Below the pieces are notes generated by a model that saw only the letters and a program-made list of their open reading frames with translations, had not been told where the DNA came from and ran no database searches. A DNA stretch of 64,000 bases from Macrostomum lignano (lineage: Eukaryota): assembly GCA_002269645.1 (NCBI GenBank), contig NIVC01000173.1, positions 248,001-312,000 of the forward strand, in the 5' to 3' direction. Every line of letters begins with the position of its first letter. Within the stretch, counting starts at the first letter, position 1. This document shows, in pieces, positions 24,201 through 37,418 of this stretch. Position numbers and translations under genes: made by a program.

Positions 24201-27200
24201 AGTAATGGATTAGTGTCTAGTAATGGATTAGTGTCTGGTAATGGATTAGTGTCTAGTAATGGATTAGTGTCTAGTAATGGATTAGTGTCTGGTAATGGAT
24301 TAGTGTCTAGTAATGGATTAGTGTCTGGTAATGGATTAGTGTCTAGTAATGGATTAGTGTCTGATAATGGATTAGTTTCTGATAATGGATTAGTGTCTGA
24401 TAATGGATTAGTGTCTGATAATGGATTAGTGTCTAGTAATGGATTAGTGTCTAGTAATGGATTAGTGTCTAGTAATGGATTAGTGTCTAGTAATGGATTA
24501 GTGTCTAGTAATGGATTAGTGTCTAGTAATGGATTAGTGTCTGATAATGGATTAGTGTCTAGTAATGGATTAGTGTCTGATAATGGATTAGTGTCTGATA
24601 ATGGATTAGTGTCTGGTAATGGATTAGTGTCTGATAATGGATTAGTGTCTGATAATGGATTAGTGTCTAGTAATGGATTAGTGTCTAGTAATGGATTAGT
24701 GTCTAGTAATGGATTAGTGTCTAGTAATGGATTAGTGTCTGATAATGGATTAGTGTCTAGTAATGGATTAGTGTCTGATAATGGATTAGTGTCTGGTAAT
24801 GGATTAGTGTCTGATAATGGATTAGTGTCTAGTAATGGATTAGTGTCTGATAATGGATTAGTGTCTGATAATGGATTAGTGTCTAGTAATGGATTAGTGT
24901 CTAGTAATGGATTAGTGTCTGATAATGGATTAGTGTCTAGTAATGGATTAGTGTCTGATAATGGATTAGTGTCTGGTAATGGATTAGTGTCTAGTAATGG
25001 ATTAGTGTCTGATAATGGATTAGTGTCTGATAATGGATTAGTGTCTAGTAATGGATTAGTGTCAGATAATGGATTAGTGTCTGGTAATGGATTAGTGTCT
25101 GATAATGGATTAGTGTCTAGTAATGGATTAGTGTCTAGTAATGGATTAGTGTCTGATAATGGATTAGTGTCTGATAATGGATTAGTGTCTAGTAATGGAT
25201 TAGTGTCTGATAATGGATTAGTGTCTGATAATGGATTAGTGTCTGATAATGGATTAGTGTCTGATAATGGATTAGTGTCTAGTAATGGATTAGTGTCTAG
25301 TAATGGATTAGTGTCTAGTAATGGATTAGTGTCTGATAATGGATTAGTGTCTAGTAATGGATTAGTGTCTGATAATGGATTAGTGTCTGATAATGGATTA
25401 GTGTCTAGTAATGGATTAGTGTCTAGTAATGGATTAGTGTCTGATAATGGATTAGTGTCTAGTAATGGATTAGTGTCTAGTAATGGATTAGTGTCTAGTA
25501 ATGGATTAGTGTCTGATAATGGATTAGTGTCTGATAATGGATTAGTGTCTAGTAATGGATTAGTGTCTGATAATGGATTAGTGTCTGATAATGGATTAGT
25601 GTCTAGTAATGGATTAGTGTCTGATAATGGATTAGTGTCTGATAATGGATTAGTGTCTGATAATGGATTAGTGTCTGATAATGGATTAGTGTGTGCTAAT
25701 GGATTAGTGTCTGCTAATGGATTAGTGTCTGGTAATGGATTAGTGTCTGGTAATGGATTAGTGTCTGGTAATGGATTAGTGTCTGGTAATGGATTAGTGT
25801 CTGGTAATGGATTAGTGTCTGGTAATGGATTAGTGTCTGGTAATGGATTAGTGTCTGGTAATGGATTAGTGTCAGGTGATGGATTAGTGTCTGGTAATGA
25901 ATAATTGTGATATTTTATTATTTAGCGTCGTGATTTAGTTAGGAATTGTTTGAGATAGATTTTTGTCAGATGTATTATAGTATTGCTGTCTCTGCAGTAT
26001 CTTATTCTGCCAAATTTGTACCACTTCACAGCCATCCAAGCGAGTCTACGTGACACCCTCTCGGGTTGAAGAGCTGCACAGGTGCTACTGGCACGAGGGC
26101 AAGGTGAAAAAAGTTATCCCTGTCACTTTCCAGAATCCCAATTCTATTGGTTAGAATTCCAATACCATAGATTGGAATCCCTATTACAAAGATTAGAATC
26201 CCAATCCCATAGATTAGAATCCCAATCCCATACATTAGAATCCCGATCCCATAGATTAGAATCTCAATCCCATAGATTAGAATCCCAATCCCATAGATTA
26301 GAATCCCAATCCCATACATTAGAATCCCAATCCCATACATTAGAATCCCAATCCCATAGATTAGAATCCCAATCCCATAGATTAGAATCCCAATCCCATA
26401 GATTAGAATCCCAATCCCATACATTAGAATCCCAATCCCATAGATTAGAATCCCAATCCCATAGATTAGAATCCCAATCCCATACATTAGAATCCCGATC
26501 CCATAGATTAGAATCCCAATCCCATAGATTAGAATCCCAATCCCATAGATTAGAATCCCAATCCGATACATTAGAATCCCAATCCCATACATTAGAATCC
26601 CAATCCCATAGATTAGAATCCCAATCCCATAGATTAGAATCCCAATCCCATAGATTAGAATCCCAATCCCATTCATTAGAATCCCAATCCCATAGATTAG
26701 AATCCCAATCCCATAGATTAGAATCCCAATCCGATACATTAGAATCCCAATCCCATAGATTAGAATCACAATCCCATACATTAGAATCTCAATCCCATAA
26801 ATTAGAATCCCAATCCCATACATTAGAATCTCAATCCCATAGATAGAATCCCAATCCCATAGATTAGAATCCCAATCCCATACATTAGAATCCCAATCCC
26901 ATACATTAGAATCCCAATCCCATAGATTAGAATCCCAATCCGATACATTAGAATCCCAATCCCATAGATTAGAATCACAATCCCATACATTAGAATCTCA
27001 ATCCCATAAATTAGAATCCCAATCCCATACATTAGAATCTCAATCCCATAGATAGAATCCCAATCCCATAGATTAGAATCCCAATTCCATAGATTAGAAT
27101 CCCAATCCCAGACATTAGAATCCCAATTCCATAGATTAGAATCCCAATCCCAGACATTAGAATCCCAATCCCATAGATTGAGTTCGAAATCCCCAAAATC

Positions 27201-27427
27201 GCATCTACATCACAAGCCCCGCATCAACACCCGAACCACAGGTGATGTCGGAACTTCCCAATCTGGAGTCCATCCGAGAGCACGCCGCCGCTTCCCTTGT
27301 GACTCTGCGCACGGATCACAAGAGGTTTCTCAATCCCACGCCTTACAAGGTGTCTGTTTCTGAGCAGCTCTACCAGTTCACACACAAGCTCTGGTTGGAG
27401 AGCGCTCCCATTATGGAGCTGAGTTGA
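18216..27427 (+). CDS. NAPRT: Nicotinate phosphoribosyltransferase, 7 coding exons
   Basis: Exons 18216-18252, 18353-18523, 19327-19978, 22165-22305, 22985-23339, 26032-26103, 27242-27427, all GT-AG with compatible phases. Motifs [91 protein letters not shown] match eukaryotic NAPRT/PncB. Confidence 0.95.
18647..19205. repeat. 16-bp minisatellite (GAGCTTATCAATTATC / ...TTGTT) in NAPRT intron 2
   Basis: Direct tandem units. Confidence 0.93.
20065..20985. repeat. GA-rich ~21-bp degenerate repeat (GAGAGTGAGAGGGAGATGGGG) in NAPRT intron 3, two blocks
   Basis: Blocks ~20065-20615 and ~20758-20985. Confidence 0.9.
21559..21739. mobile_element. Possible degenerate hAT-type MITE remnant
   Basis: Starts CAGGGTTCAGAAAAC; contains agggccagat...gcgggccggagtttga, resembling the ends of the MITE at 42901-43521. 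Confidence 0.3.
22380..22975. repeat. 29-bp minisatellite (GAAATCCCAAATCCCATTGAGCTACAACA)n in NAPRT intron 4
   Basis: Tandem units running to ~10 nt before the acceptor AG at 22983-84. Confidence 0.93.
23357..25899. repeat. 18-bp minisatellite ATGGATTAGTGTCT[AGT/GAT/GGT]A, ~140 copies, NAPRT intron 5
   Basis: No indels across 2.5 kb; variation is nearly confined to one triplet. Confidence 0.97.
26130..27180. repeat. 21-bp minisatellite (GAATCCCAATCCCATAGATTA)n in NAPRT intron 6
   Basis: Direct tandem units. Confidence 0.95.
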
Positions 27428-27485
27428 CTTTGTTTTGAGCGCCGATTAAAATTAATGCCTACTTGTTGGACTTTGCTAACTTTTG

Positions 27486-27779
27486 AGGGTGAGATTATCC
27501 ATGCATCTATCTTGTGAGGGTGAGATTATCCATGCCTCTATCTTGTGAGGATGAGATTATGCATGTCTCTATCTTGTGAGGGTGAGATTATCCATGCATC
27601 TATCTTGTGAGGGTGAGATTATGCATGTCTCTATCTTGTTAGGGTGAGATTATCCATGCATCTATCTTGTGAGGGTGAGATTATCCATGCATCTATCTTG
27701 TGAGGGTGAGATTATCCATGCATCTATCTTGTGAGGGTGAGATTATCCATGCATCTATCTTGTGAGGGTGAGATTATTG
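27486..27779. repeat. 31-bp minisatellite (TGAGGGTGAGATTATCCATGCATCTATCTTG)n, ~9 copies, just 3' of the NAPRT stop
   Basis: Direct tandem units. Confidence 0.92.
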
Positions 27780-28404
27780 ATGCCTTATGTTTTTATTTGT
27801 CATAATTAACGTCTAATATTGTATTTTCAGAGTTTTTATGTAACAGAGCAATGGCTCCTATAGATTGAACACACTTTCCTGGCGTAATTTATCATAAAAT
27901 TTCCTCCTAGTTTTACTATGAACTTCTTTATTAGTCTTTGATTCCTTTTGTACTGTTAGAGATTTTCTTAGAATATTTTTTCGACTTGAATTTTTTCGGT
28001 CGTACAAATCCTCCAATACTACTGATTTATCTTGCGTCGTCCCAATAGTGTTACTATGAGTAGGCTTACAAGCGCATACTTTATTAATTTTAATGTTATT
28101 AGAAAAGTCCATACCAGCGTATGCGCTAACTGAATATTTAGTCAGACTTTCTTGCGGGATACCTGCCGGTTACCTTTATTTAAGGTAGCTGTCGTTCAAC
28201 GAAATCGTTTTCTTTCTCCGCTCTTTTTTGCTTATCCGAAAATTCCCCGAAATGTTTGGCTCTTTTTTAGCAAAACCGGATTTAGACTAGATGCACTTTT
28301 AGATGCTTTTTTATCAGCTTTCATATATGCTGCACATTATTGAGCTGCCTCCGCGACTGCATTGTCTGCTATAAGGCTCTATCTTATGATTTCTATGCTT
28401 AAAA

Positions 28405-28785
28405 ACCCTGTCTCTCTCTCTTATATCTCCTCTCCCCTCCTTTCCTCTCTCCTCTCCTCTCCTCTCCTCTCCTCTCCTCTCCTCCCCTCCTCCCCTCTCT
28501 TCTCTACTCTTCTCTCCTCCCCTTTCCTCTCCTCTCACCATCTCTTGTCTCCTCCCCTTTCCTCTCCTCTCACCATCTCTTCTCTCCCCTCCTCTCTTCT
28601 CTCCTCTCTCCTCTACTCTCCTCTTCCCTCTCCTCTCTCACCATCTCTTCTCCTCTTCTCTTTCCTCTCCCCTCCCTCCTTTCCCCTCCTCTCCTCTCAC
28701 CATCTCTCCTCTCCTCTCTCCTCTCCTCTCTTCACCGTCTCTCCACTTCACTCTTCTCCTCTCCATCTCTCATCTCCAATTTTCT
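28405..28785. repeat. CT-rich low-complexity tract
   Basis: (CTCCT/CTCT)-type degenerate repeats. Confidence 0.85.
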
Positions 28786-29186
28786 AGTTTCAACTAACGC
28801 GATTCGTCAATCTTTCAGTTGACAATCTGAAAGCGCAGCCATGGGTTTCATTTTTTTTTTATTTCATTCTCCTTTGCCGGTAAACTCCTGAAATCTCGCA
28901 ACGATTTGAAGCCAGAAATATTAGTGTCTCATTTAATTATCAAAGATATTCTCTATTGCTTTTCATGTGTTTTTTTCGTTTTGAATCTGATTTTTTATTA
29001 TTTGTTTTAACTAATCAAAAGTTCAATCTGGTTAAATAAGTGCGATTTTTCTCTGTCATTATTTCAGAAACAATTTAACTAAATATAGCGTTCGCTACCT
29101 TGGAAATAATTTTTTCTACTGAAGTTTTGCCGATCTATTTAAGTCCAAAAACTTTTTAAAGCCTTGAGAAGTTTGTGACTTCATTG

Positions 29187-29738
29187 AGGTGAGATTTGGG
29201 GAGGTCACTCCTAGGGGTGAGATTTGGGGAGGTCACTCCTAGGGGTGAGATTTGGGGAGGTCACTCCTAGGGGTGAGATTTGGGGAGGTCACTTCTAGGG
29301 GTGAAATTTGGGGTCACTCCTAGGAGTGAGATTTGGGGTCACTTCTAGAAGACAGATTTGGGAGGTCACTCCTATAGTGAGATTTGGGAGGTCACTCCTA
29401 GGGGAGAGATTTGGGGAGGTCACTCCCATAGTGATATTTGAGGAGGTCACTCCTGGGGTGAGATTTGGGGAGGTCACTATTATACTGAGATTTGGGGAGG
29501 TCACTCCTATAGTGAGATTTGGGTAGGTCACTCTTGTACTGAGCTTTTAGGAGGTCACTCTTGGGGTGAGATTTGGGGAGGTCACTCCTGGGGTGAGATT
29601 TGGGGTCACTCCTAGGGGAGAGATTTGGGGAGGTCATCCTAGGGGTGAGATTTGGGGAGGTCATCCTAGGGGTGAGGTTTGGGGAGGTCATATCCTAGGG
29701 GTGAGATTTGGGGAGGTCATATCCTAGGGGTGAGATTT
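29187..29738. repeat. 27/28-bp G-rich minisatellite (GGGGTGAGATTTGGGGAGGTCACTCCTA)n
   Basis: Direct tandem units. Confidence 0.93.
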
Positions 29739-30409
29739 TGATACTGCAGTCAAAGAGCATTGCCAGCTGCTATTTACTCAGCAAAATCAATAACTGGTTG
29801 GAAAACAAGTGCATCCGTAAACATGCGGGTGCACTGAGTGGAAAAGTGTATTCAATTGCATGAGCCGCAATAAATGAAATCTCTATTTTTAAAATAGCAA
29901 GAGCAAAAGCTTGCATAGATCTCTTTTCTCTCCCTCCCAGCTTCCTTCATCAGCGACTCCTCATCTTTGCCCTCATTGTGAAGCTATTAAAAAATAGCAA
30001 TCCTTTTCTGCGTGGCTCGCAGTTACTAAGGACGGGGGGATTATTGGGACTTTTGCAGTGCGGTTTTGTCAGTGCCGCTATAGGGACAGAATCAGCCGAT
30101 GCGACCGGAGCACAAATCTCTGCTCTGCTCCTCTTGAACCAGCGGGGTGGGAGGGGCGATTGAGGACAGGCCCATTCAATAAAGCCGACTGCTCTCAGCT
30201 GTCTGACTGCATGACTGGCAGGAGATTAAAATGAAACACTGTCCACTGTAGCTACACGTGGGAGGTCGTATTGGACTCGAGAAAATTCATCGGTATTAGT
30301 AAGTGCCTGAACTATCAAGGTGAGAAAACAATTTCTAATTTGGTTTTGCTGAGAGATTGTTCATTTAAGTCAAACCCGAAAATCGCTGTGGTTTCATTCC
30401 ATCACAATC

Positions 30410-31740
30410 AACCACCAACCTCATCACAGAATCTCTCTCCAACCTCATCACAGAATCTCTCTCCAACCTCATCACAGAATCTCTCTCCAACCTCATCACA
30501 GAATCTCTCTCCAACCTCATCACAGAATCTCTCTCCAACCCCATCACAGAATCTCTCTCCAACCCCATCACAGAGTCACTCTCCAGCCTCATCCCAGAGT
30601 CTCTCCAACCTCATCACAGAATCTCTCCAATCTCATCACAGAGTCTCTCTCCAACCCCATCACAGAATCTCTCTCCAACCTCATCACAGAGTCACTCTCC
30701 AGCCTCATCCCAGAGTCTCTCCAACCTCATCACAGAATCTCTCCAACCTCATCACAGAATCTCTCCAACCTCATCACAGAGTCTCTCCAACCTCATCACA
30801 GAATCTCTCCAACCTCATCACAGAATCTCTCCAACCTCATCACAGAGTCTCTCCAACCTCATCACAGAATCTCTCCAGCCTCATCCAGAGTCTCTCCAAC
30901 CTCATCACAGAATCTCTCCAACCTCATCACAGAATCTCTCCAACCTCATCACAGAGTCTCTCCAACCCATTCACGGAGTCTCTCCAACCCCATTCATGGA
31001 GTCTCTCCAACCCATTCACGGAGTCTCTCCAACCCCATTCACAGAACCGCCCTCCAACCCCATTCACAGAATCGCCCTCCAACCCAATTCACAGAACCGC
31101 CCTCCAACCCCATTCACAGAATCGCCCTCCAACCCCATTCACAGAACCGCCCTCCAACCCCATTCACAGAATCGCCCTCCAACCCCATTCACAGAATCGC
31201 CCTCCAACCCCATTCACAGAACCGCCCTCCAACCCCCATTCACAGAACCGCCCTCCAACCCCATCACAGAATCTCTCTCCAACCTCATCACAGAATCTCT
31301 CTCCAACCCCATCACAGAATCTCTCTCTAACCCCATCACAGAATCTCTCTCCAACCTTATCACAGAATCTCTCTCCAACCCCATCACAGAATCTCTCTCC
31401 AACCCCATTCACGGAGTCTCTCCAACCCCATTCACGGAGTCTCTCCAACCCCATTCACGGAGTCTCTCCAACCCCATTCACGGAGTCTCTCCAACCCCAT
31501 TCACGGAGTCTCTCCAACCCCCATTCACAGAACCGCCCTCGAACCCCCATTCACAGAACCGCCCTCCAACCCCCATTCACAGAATCGCCCTCCAACCCCA
31601 TCACAGAATCGCCCTCCAACCCCATCACAGAACCGCCCTCCAACCCCATCACAGAATCGCCCTCCAACCCCCATTCACAGAATCGCCCTCCAACTCCCAT
31701 TCACAAAACCGCTCTCCAACCGCATTCACAGAATCGCACT
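30410..31740. repeat. 22-24-bp compound minisatellite (CCTCATCACAGAATCTCTCTCCAA and derivatives)
   Basis: Units drift from aatctctctccaacctcatcacag to aaccgccctccaaccccattcacag. Confidence 0.93.
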
Positions 31741-32167
31741 CCAATCGTGCTGGTTGCTTCCATTTAAAAAGCTCAAAGCAGACAGAACAATACCTTCGTG
31801 TGTGGCCGCTTTGAGCAGTTTTTATTAGCACATCTATTCGTTTGAACTCGTAGAAGCGCAGTGCATACAAATTTACATGTATATAGAGCTCTTGGCTGTT
31901 AACAATAAAGAAAGAAGCAAGCAGAAGTGCTTGTAATTAATTGTAAGCTATATTAACAAGTGTGTGGTAAACATTTTTCTATTTCTTGCCATGCCAATTC
32001 TTATTCTCACGATGCAATAAAACAATTTGTTAAGAGTTGCAAGAGTGAATAAAGTGAGTGCTTGTATTACTTCACTTTCACTCGCATGTATATAAAAGCT
32101 TCACGAGTATCTACCCATTCAATATTGTGATAGACGCCGAAATTGAAGAAGTCTTATACAAGCAACA

Positions 32168-35100
32168 ATGGCCTGGTCCGCTCAGCCTCACTACAATAGA
32201 AAACCAGGTAAGTATAGTCCTCTAAGATTATTAGAGGAATCTCTAAAGACAGAGACAACCATCGTACGTTGACGAGTAATTGGGCACCTATTTCTAATAA
32301 AGTGATGTCTCTTTCCCTGAAAAAGAAGCTCATTCCAAGATGAAACCGAGCACCTCTTTCTATGAAACCAACGCGTCTTCCAAGAAATTAGCATTTCTTT
32401 CCAAGAAATCAGCGTCTCATTTCAAGAAATCAGAACCTATTTACAAGAAATCAGTACCTATTTACAAGAAATCAGTACCTATTTCCAAGAAATCAGTACC
32501 TATTTCCAAGAAATTAGCACCTATTTCCAAGAAATCAGAACCTATTTCCAAGAAATCAGAACCTATTTCCAAGAAATCAGAACCTCTTTCCAAGAAATCA
32601 GTACCTCTTTTTAAGAAATCAGAACCTCTTTCCAAGAAATCAGAACCTCTTTCCAAGAAATCAGTACCTCTTTTCAAGAAATCAGAACCTTTTTCCAAGA
32701 ATGTGGCACCTGTTTCCACGAATTGAGCACCTCTTTTAAAGTATTAAGCATTTATTTCTGCGATTTTGACACCTATTTCCAGGAACTGGCTCCTTTCTAA
32801 GAAATTAGTGCTTAGTGCGAACTTTTCTAAGAAATCAGAACCTCTCTTCAAGAAAGGGGCTCTCTTGCTGCATGAAGTGCAACACTGCTTAGCTGTCTGA
32901 CTGAACCAAATTTTCCATCCATTTTGTTCACATCACCATTTCTGAAACTCAACCCTTCTCCGCGATTCCCAGGCGATATAGCCATCCACCTGGACATCAT
33001 AGACGCCAAGCCGCTGCACCCTGAGCAGCTGGGCTCCCGGCAGTACTTTCTGGTCAGCTTGGTTGAGAAATTCGCCGCTCTACTGCAAAAGTCTGACCTG
33101 CTGCGGCTGCGTAGATATTTCTGCAAGCGGGGACTGCTGCTGCGAACTACCATTGAAGGGTTCACAGATGGTGAGATGCTTGCTTTAAAAGGCACAACGT
33201 GGAGTGAGATAGAGCCAGTGAGATAGAGGGACTGAGATAGAGGCAGTGAGATAGAGGGACTGAGATAGAGGGACTGAGATAGAGGGACTGAGATAGAGGG
33301 ACTGAGATAGAGGGACTGAGATAGAGGGACTGAGATAGAGGGACTGAGATAGAGGAACTGAGATAGAGGGACTGAGATAGAGGGGCTGAGATAGAGGGAC
33401 TGAGGTAGAGGGACTGAGATAGAGGGACTGAGATAGAGGGACTGAGGTAGAGGGACTGAGATAGAGGGACTGAGATAGAGGGACTGAGATAGAGCCAGTG
33501 AGATAGAGGGACTGAGATGGAGGCAGTGAGATAGAGGGACTGAGATGGAGGCAGTGAGATAGAGAGTTGCTTGTTTTAAATATTGTTGCCATGAGAGCTA
33601 GACTCTTATCCGATTGCCGTTAAATACATGACTGCCAAGTCTGCACCGTTATGTTTTGGGTAGTAAAGATTGCTAAGTTTTTCTCGCCGATAAAGACCGA
33701 TGCCTAAGCTTTAGGCTTATAATTGAATTAATCTCTTCTACTCGGATCTTTAGCAAACAGCAGTGCGAAATTAAACGCAATCAGTATTGCAGGCTATGCT
33801 CAGCTGACTGTAAGTATTGCGGTTTGACTGCGCTGTGTTTTCTTAGAAATCTAATCTTCGCAACTAGAGAGGTTGCGACAAACTGAAGTCTCAACTTTCT
33901 TTCATAGCATTTCCTACGGGTTTCGTTTTTTTGTGTATCAGGTTTGCGTGCGGCAGAGTTTACGAGCGTAGTTTTCTTGGACAGAATGTACTTTTGTCGA
34001 ATACCTGTTAGATAGGAGATTTACCTGTTGGATAGGAGTTCTACCTGTTGGATAGGAGTTCTACCTGTTAGATAGGAGTTCTACCTGTTAGATAGGAGAT
34101 TTACCTGTTAGATAGGAGTTCTACCTGTTAGATAGGAGATTTACCTGTTAGATAGGAGTTCTACCTGTTAGATAGGAGATTTACCTGTTAGATAGGAGTT
34201 CTACCTGTTAGATAGGAGATTTACCTGTTAGATAGGAGATTTACCTGTTGGATAGGAGTTCTACCTGTTAGATAGGAGTTCTACCTGTTAGATAGGAGAT
34301 TTACCTGTTAGATAGGAGTTCTACATGTACCTGTTGGATAGGAGATTTACCTGTTAGACTGGAGATTTACCTGTTAGATAGGAGATTTACCTGTTAGATA
34401 GGAGTTCTACATGTACCTGTTGGATAGGAGATTTACCTGTTAGACTGGAGATTTACCTGTTAGATAGGAGATTTACCTGTTAGATAGGAGTTCTACATGT
34501 ACCTGTTGGATAGGAGATTTACCTGTTAGACAAGAGCTGTACATGTTAGACAGGTGCTGATCATGTTAGACAGGAGCTGTACATGTTAGACAGGAGGTGT
34601 ACATGTTAGACAGGAGGTGTATATGTTAGGCAGGAGCTGTACCTGTTAGACACGAGCTGTACATGTTAGACAGGACCAGTAACTAATTTTACTCTGGTTC
34701 TGTTACAGACTGTCTCTGCATCCTGTGCCCAATGGACCTGTCCGGTTTAACGCAGCTGCGCTCCGATGCCCTTTCCGGTCAACTCGAACGAGAATTAGTC
34801 AACTGTTTCGTTAATCCAGTGTCGTTGAAAAAATTGCTCTTAAAAGAGCTCAATATGAAAGTTCGCTACTGGACTGGAGAGCTCGACTGTGTTGAGCAGG
34901 AATGGAAGGACGGAAGAATGCCTTGGCAGTTCGACATGAGCAGCGATGGTTTGTACTTGAACATCCCTGTGCCTATCTTCTACCCTGGCTACACTCGCCC
35001 CTACTGTCTATTCTAATACCCGTTCCGACATCTGTAATAACCGTTCCGACATCTCTAATACCCGTTCCGACATCTGTAATAACCGTTCCGACATCTGTAA

Positions 35101-36721
35101 TACCCGTTCCGACATCTGTAATACCCGTTCCGACATCTGTAATAACCGTTCCGACATCTGTAATACCCGTTCCGACATCTGTAATACCCGTTCCGACATC
35201 TGTAATAACCGTTCCGACATCTGTAATACCCGTTCCGACATCTGTAATACCCGTTCCGACATCTGTAATAACCGTTCCGACATCTGTAATACCCGTTCCG
35301 ACATCTCTAATACCCGTTCCGACATCTGTAATACCCGTCCGACATCTGTAATAACCGTTCCGACATCTGTAATACCCGTTCCGACATCTCTAATACCCGT
35401 TCCGACATCTGTAATACCCGTTCCGACATCTCTAATACCTGTTTCGACATCTGTAATACCCATTCCGACATCTGTAATAACCGTTCAGACATCTGTAATA
35501 ACCGTTCCGACATCTTTAATACCCGTTCCGACATCTGTAATACCCGTTCCGACATCTTTAATACCCGTTCCGACATCTGTAATAACCGTTCCGACATCTT
35601 TAATACCCGTTCCGACATCTCTAATACCCGTTCCGACATCTGTAATACCCGTTCCGACATCTGTAATACCCGTTCTGACATCTGTAAAAACCGTTCCGAC
35701 ATCTGTAATACCCGTTCCGACATCTCTAATACCTGTTTCGACATCTGTAATACCCATTCCAACATCTGTAATAACCGTTCTGACATCTGTAATAACCGTT
35801 CCGACATCTTTGATACCCGTTCCGACATCTGTAATACCCGTTCCGACATCTGTAATAACCGTTCCGACATCTGTAATACCCGTTCCGACATCTGTAACAC
35901 CCGTTCTGACATCTGTAAAAACCGTTCCAACATCTGTAATACCCGTTCCGACATCTGTAATAACCGTTCCGACATCTGTAAAAGCCGTTCCGACATCTGT
36001 AATAACCGTTCCGCCGTTCCGACATCTCTAGTACAAGTTCCGACATCTGTGATAACCGTTCCGACATTCCCAAGACCCATTTCTCCCCCGACCCGCAGAG
36101 AAGTGCTGCCGGATGCTCAGGCTGGCCCGGCAATTCCAGCTGTCGCGGCTTCAGCACCCCACCGCCGGCTCGCTGCCCCGACTCCGCCAGCTCGAGTCGC
36201 ACTTCGAGTCCAACTTGACTGGCCTCATCAACTACGCTAAACTGCTAGTCGGCGGCGGCCGCTTGGCCCCACTTGAATCTCTGGCCGAGTTCAGGCAGCT
36301 TCGCACTGGCCGGCCGGAGCTGGCCCGGTGTCCGGACGCGCGCTACGCCGACGAATATTTGGACGCGTTGAGTCAGGTTGGCATGGCAACGGACGCCTTG
36401 GAGAGCGGCGCGTTGGAACCGCTGAGACAGCTTCGAGTAGGCGGAGAGACGCCCGTGCAAGTGGAGCGACGATCGGAGATTGACAACTTGATGTCTGAGA
36501 TTCGAGAGGTGCTGGCCGACTCGAACCCGCTGAGCCGGATGCGCCACGAGGCCCTGTACAGACGGATCAGCACCTCGGAGCGGGCCCTGCTAGGCGGTCT
36601 GCTCAGCGTGCTGCCCTGCGCTGTGCAAATGCTGGCCGACCTTGACGAGGCTCTGGACGCCTATTTCACGGCGGGTGGAGTGCACTTCAGGCCGGCCGAT
36701 CTGGGAGTGGCGTTCGATTGA
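32168..36721 (+). CDS. Uncharacterised 366-aa protein, 4 exons; exon 2-3 region resembles a TRADD-N-like domain, followed by a helical C-terminal region
   Basis: Exons 32168-32207 (ATG..G|gtaagt), 32973-33170 (G|gtgag), 34709-34948, 36099-36721. All junctions are phase 1 GT-AG and give one open frame of 1101 nt: MAWSAQPHYNRKPGDIAIHLDI...SGLTQLRSDALSGQLERELVNCFVNPVSLKKLLLKELNMKV...GVAFD*. Domain call is from remembered pattern similarity only. Confidence 0.75.
32385..32850. repeat. 21-bp minisatellite (CAAGAAATCAGAACCTATTTC)n, intron 1 of the 32168 gene
   Basis: Direct tandem units. Confidence 0.88.
33215..33562. repeat. 14-bp repeat (ACTGAGATAGAGGG)n, intron 2
   Basis: Direct tandem units. 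Confidence 0.92.
34005..34675. repeat. 20-bp minisatellite (CTACCTGTTAGATAGGAGTT)n, intron 2
   Basis: Period 20, visible in column alignment. Confidence 0.93.
35015..36070. repeat. 21-bp minisatellite (CCCGTTCCGACATCTGTAATA)n, intron 3
   Basis: Direct tandem units with occasional 22-bp variants. Confidence 0.95.
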
Positions 36722-36831
36722 GTATGACAGCATGCGTTGATTGGAGTTTTATAATTTTAATGTTTATGCATGCTTAATAAAACTGAAAATAATTAGCAAT
36801 CCTAAAAATTGGTCTTCGACGATGTTATAAA

Positions 36832-37077
<246 letters not shown>

Positions 37078-37418
37078 TTTAAAAACTGAAATTTTTAGTT
37101 CGATAATTCGATGCATCAGAGCAGTCAAACAAAAACAAGTAGGCGAAGGCCCTTTCGTCAAGCTTTAATCAGTGCTCGTCTAAATTGCTTTAGCCGTTAC
37201 TCCGCTCCAACTGCGTAACTAACTTCGTTAGCAACTCGAAAATCATGCATTCAAAGATAATGGCCTGATCTTTTCAATCTCTTATCATTACGCTGGCTGG
37301 TACTAAGAGACTGTAGCACGAAAGACATTTAAACAATTAGTTGATTAATTGTGTTGCTTAGCATAACTCCAGCGATATTCGTCAAGGCCAAGCAGTTAAG
37401 CGTACGCTTACTCTTACA

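Noticed and set aside
26026-26846. ORFs of 254-265 aa ((LESQSHR)n / (GIGILIY)n)
   Set aside because: Translations of the 21-bp intronic minisatellite in NAPRT intron 6.
30271-31814. 498-aa and 272-aa mucin-like Ser/Pro/Thr ORFs
   Set aside because: Entirely within a compound minisatellite with mixed 22/23/24-bp units; no signal peptide or splice context.
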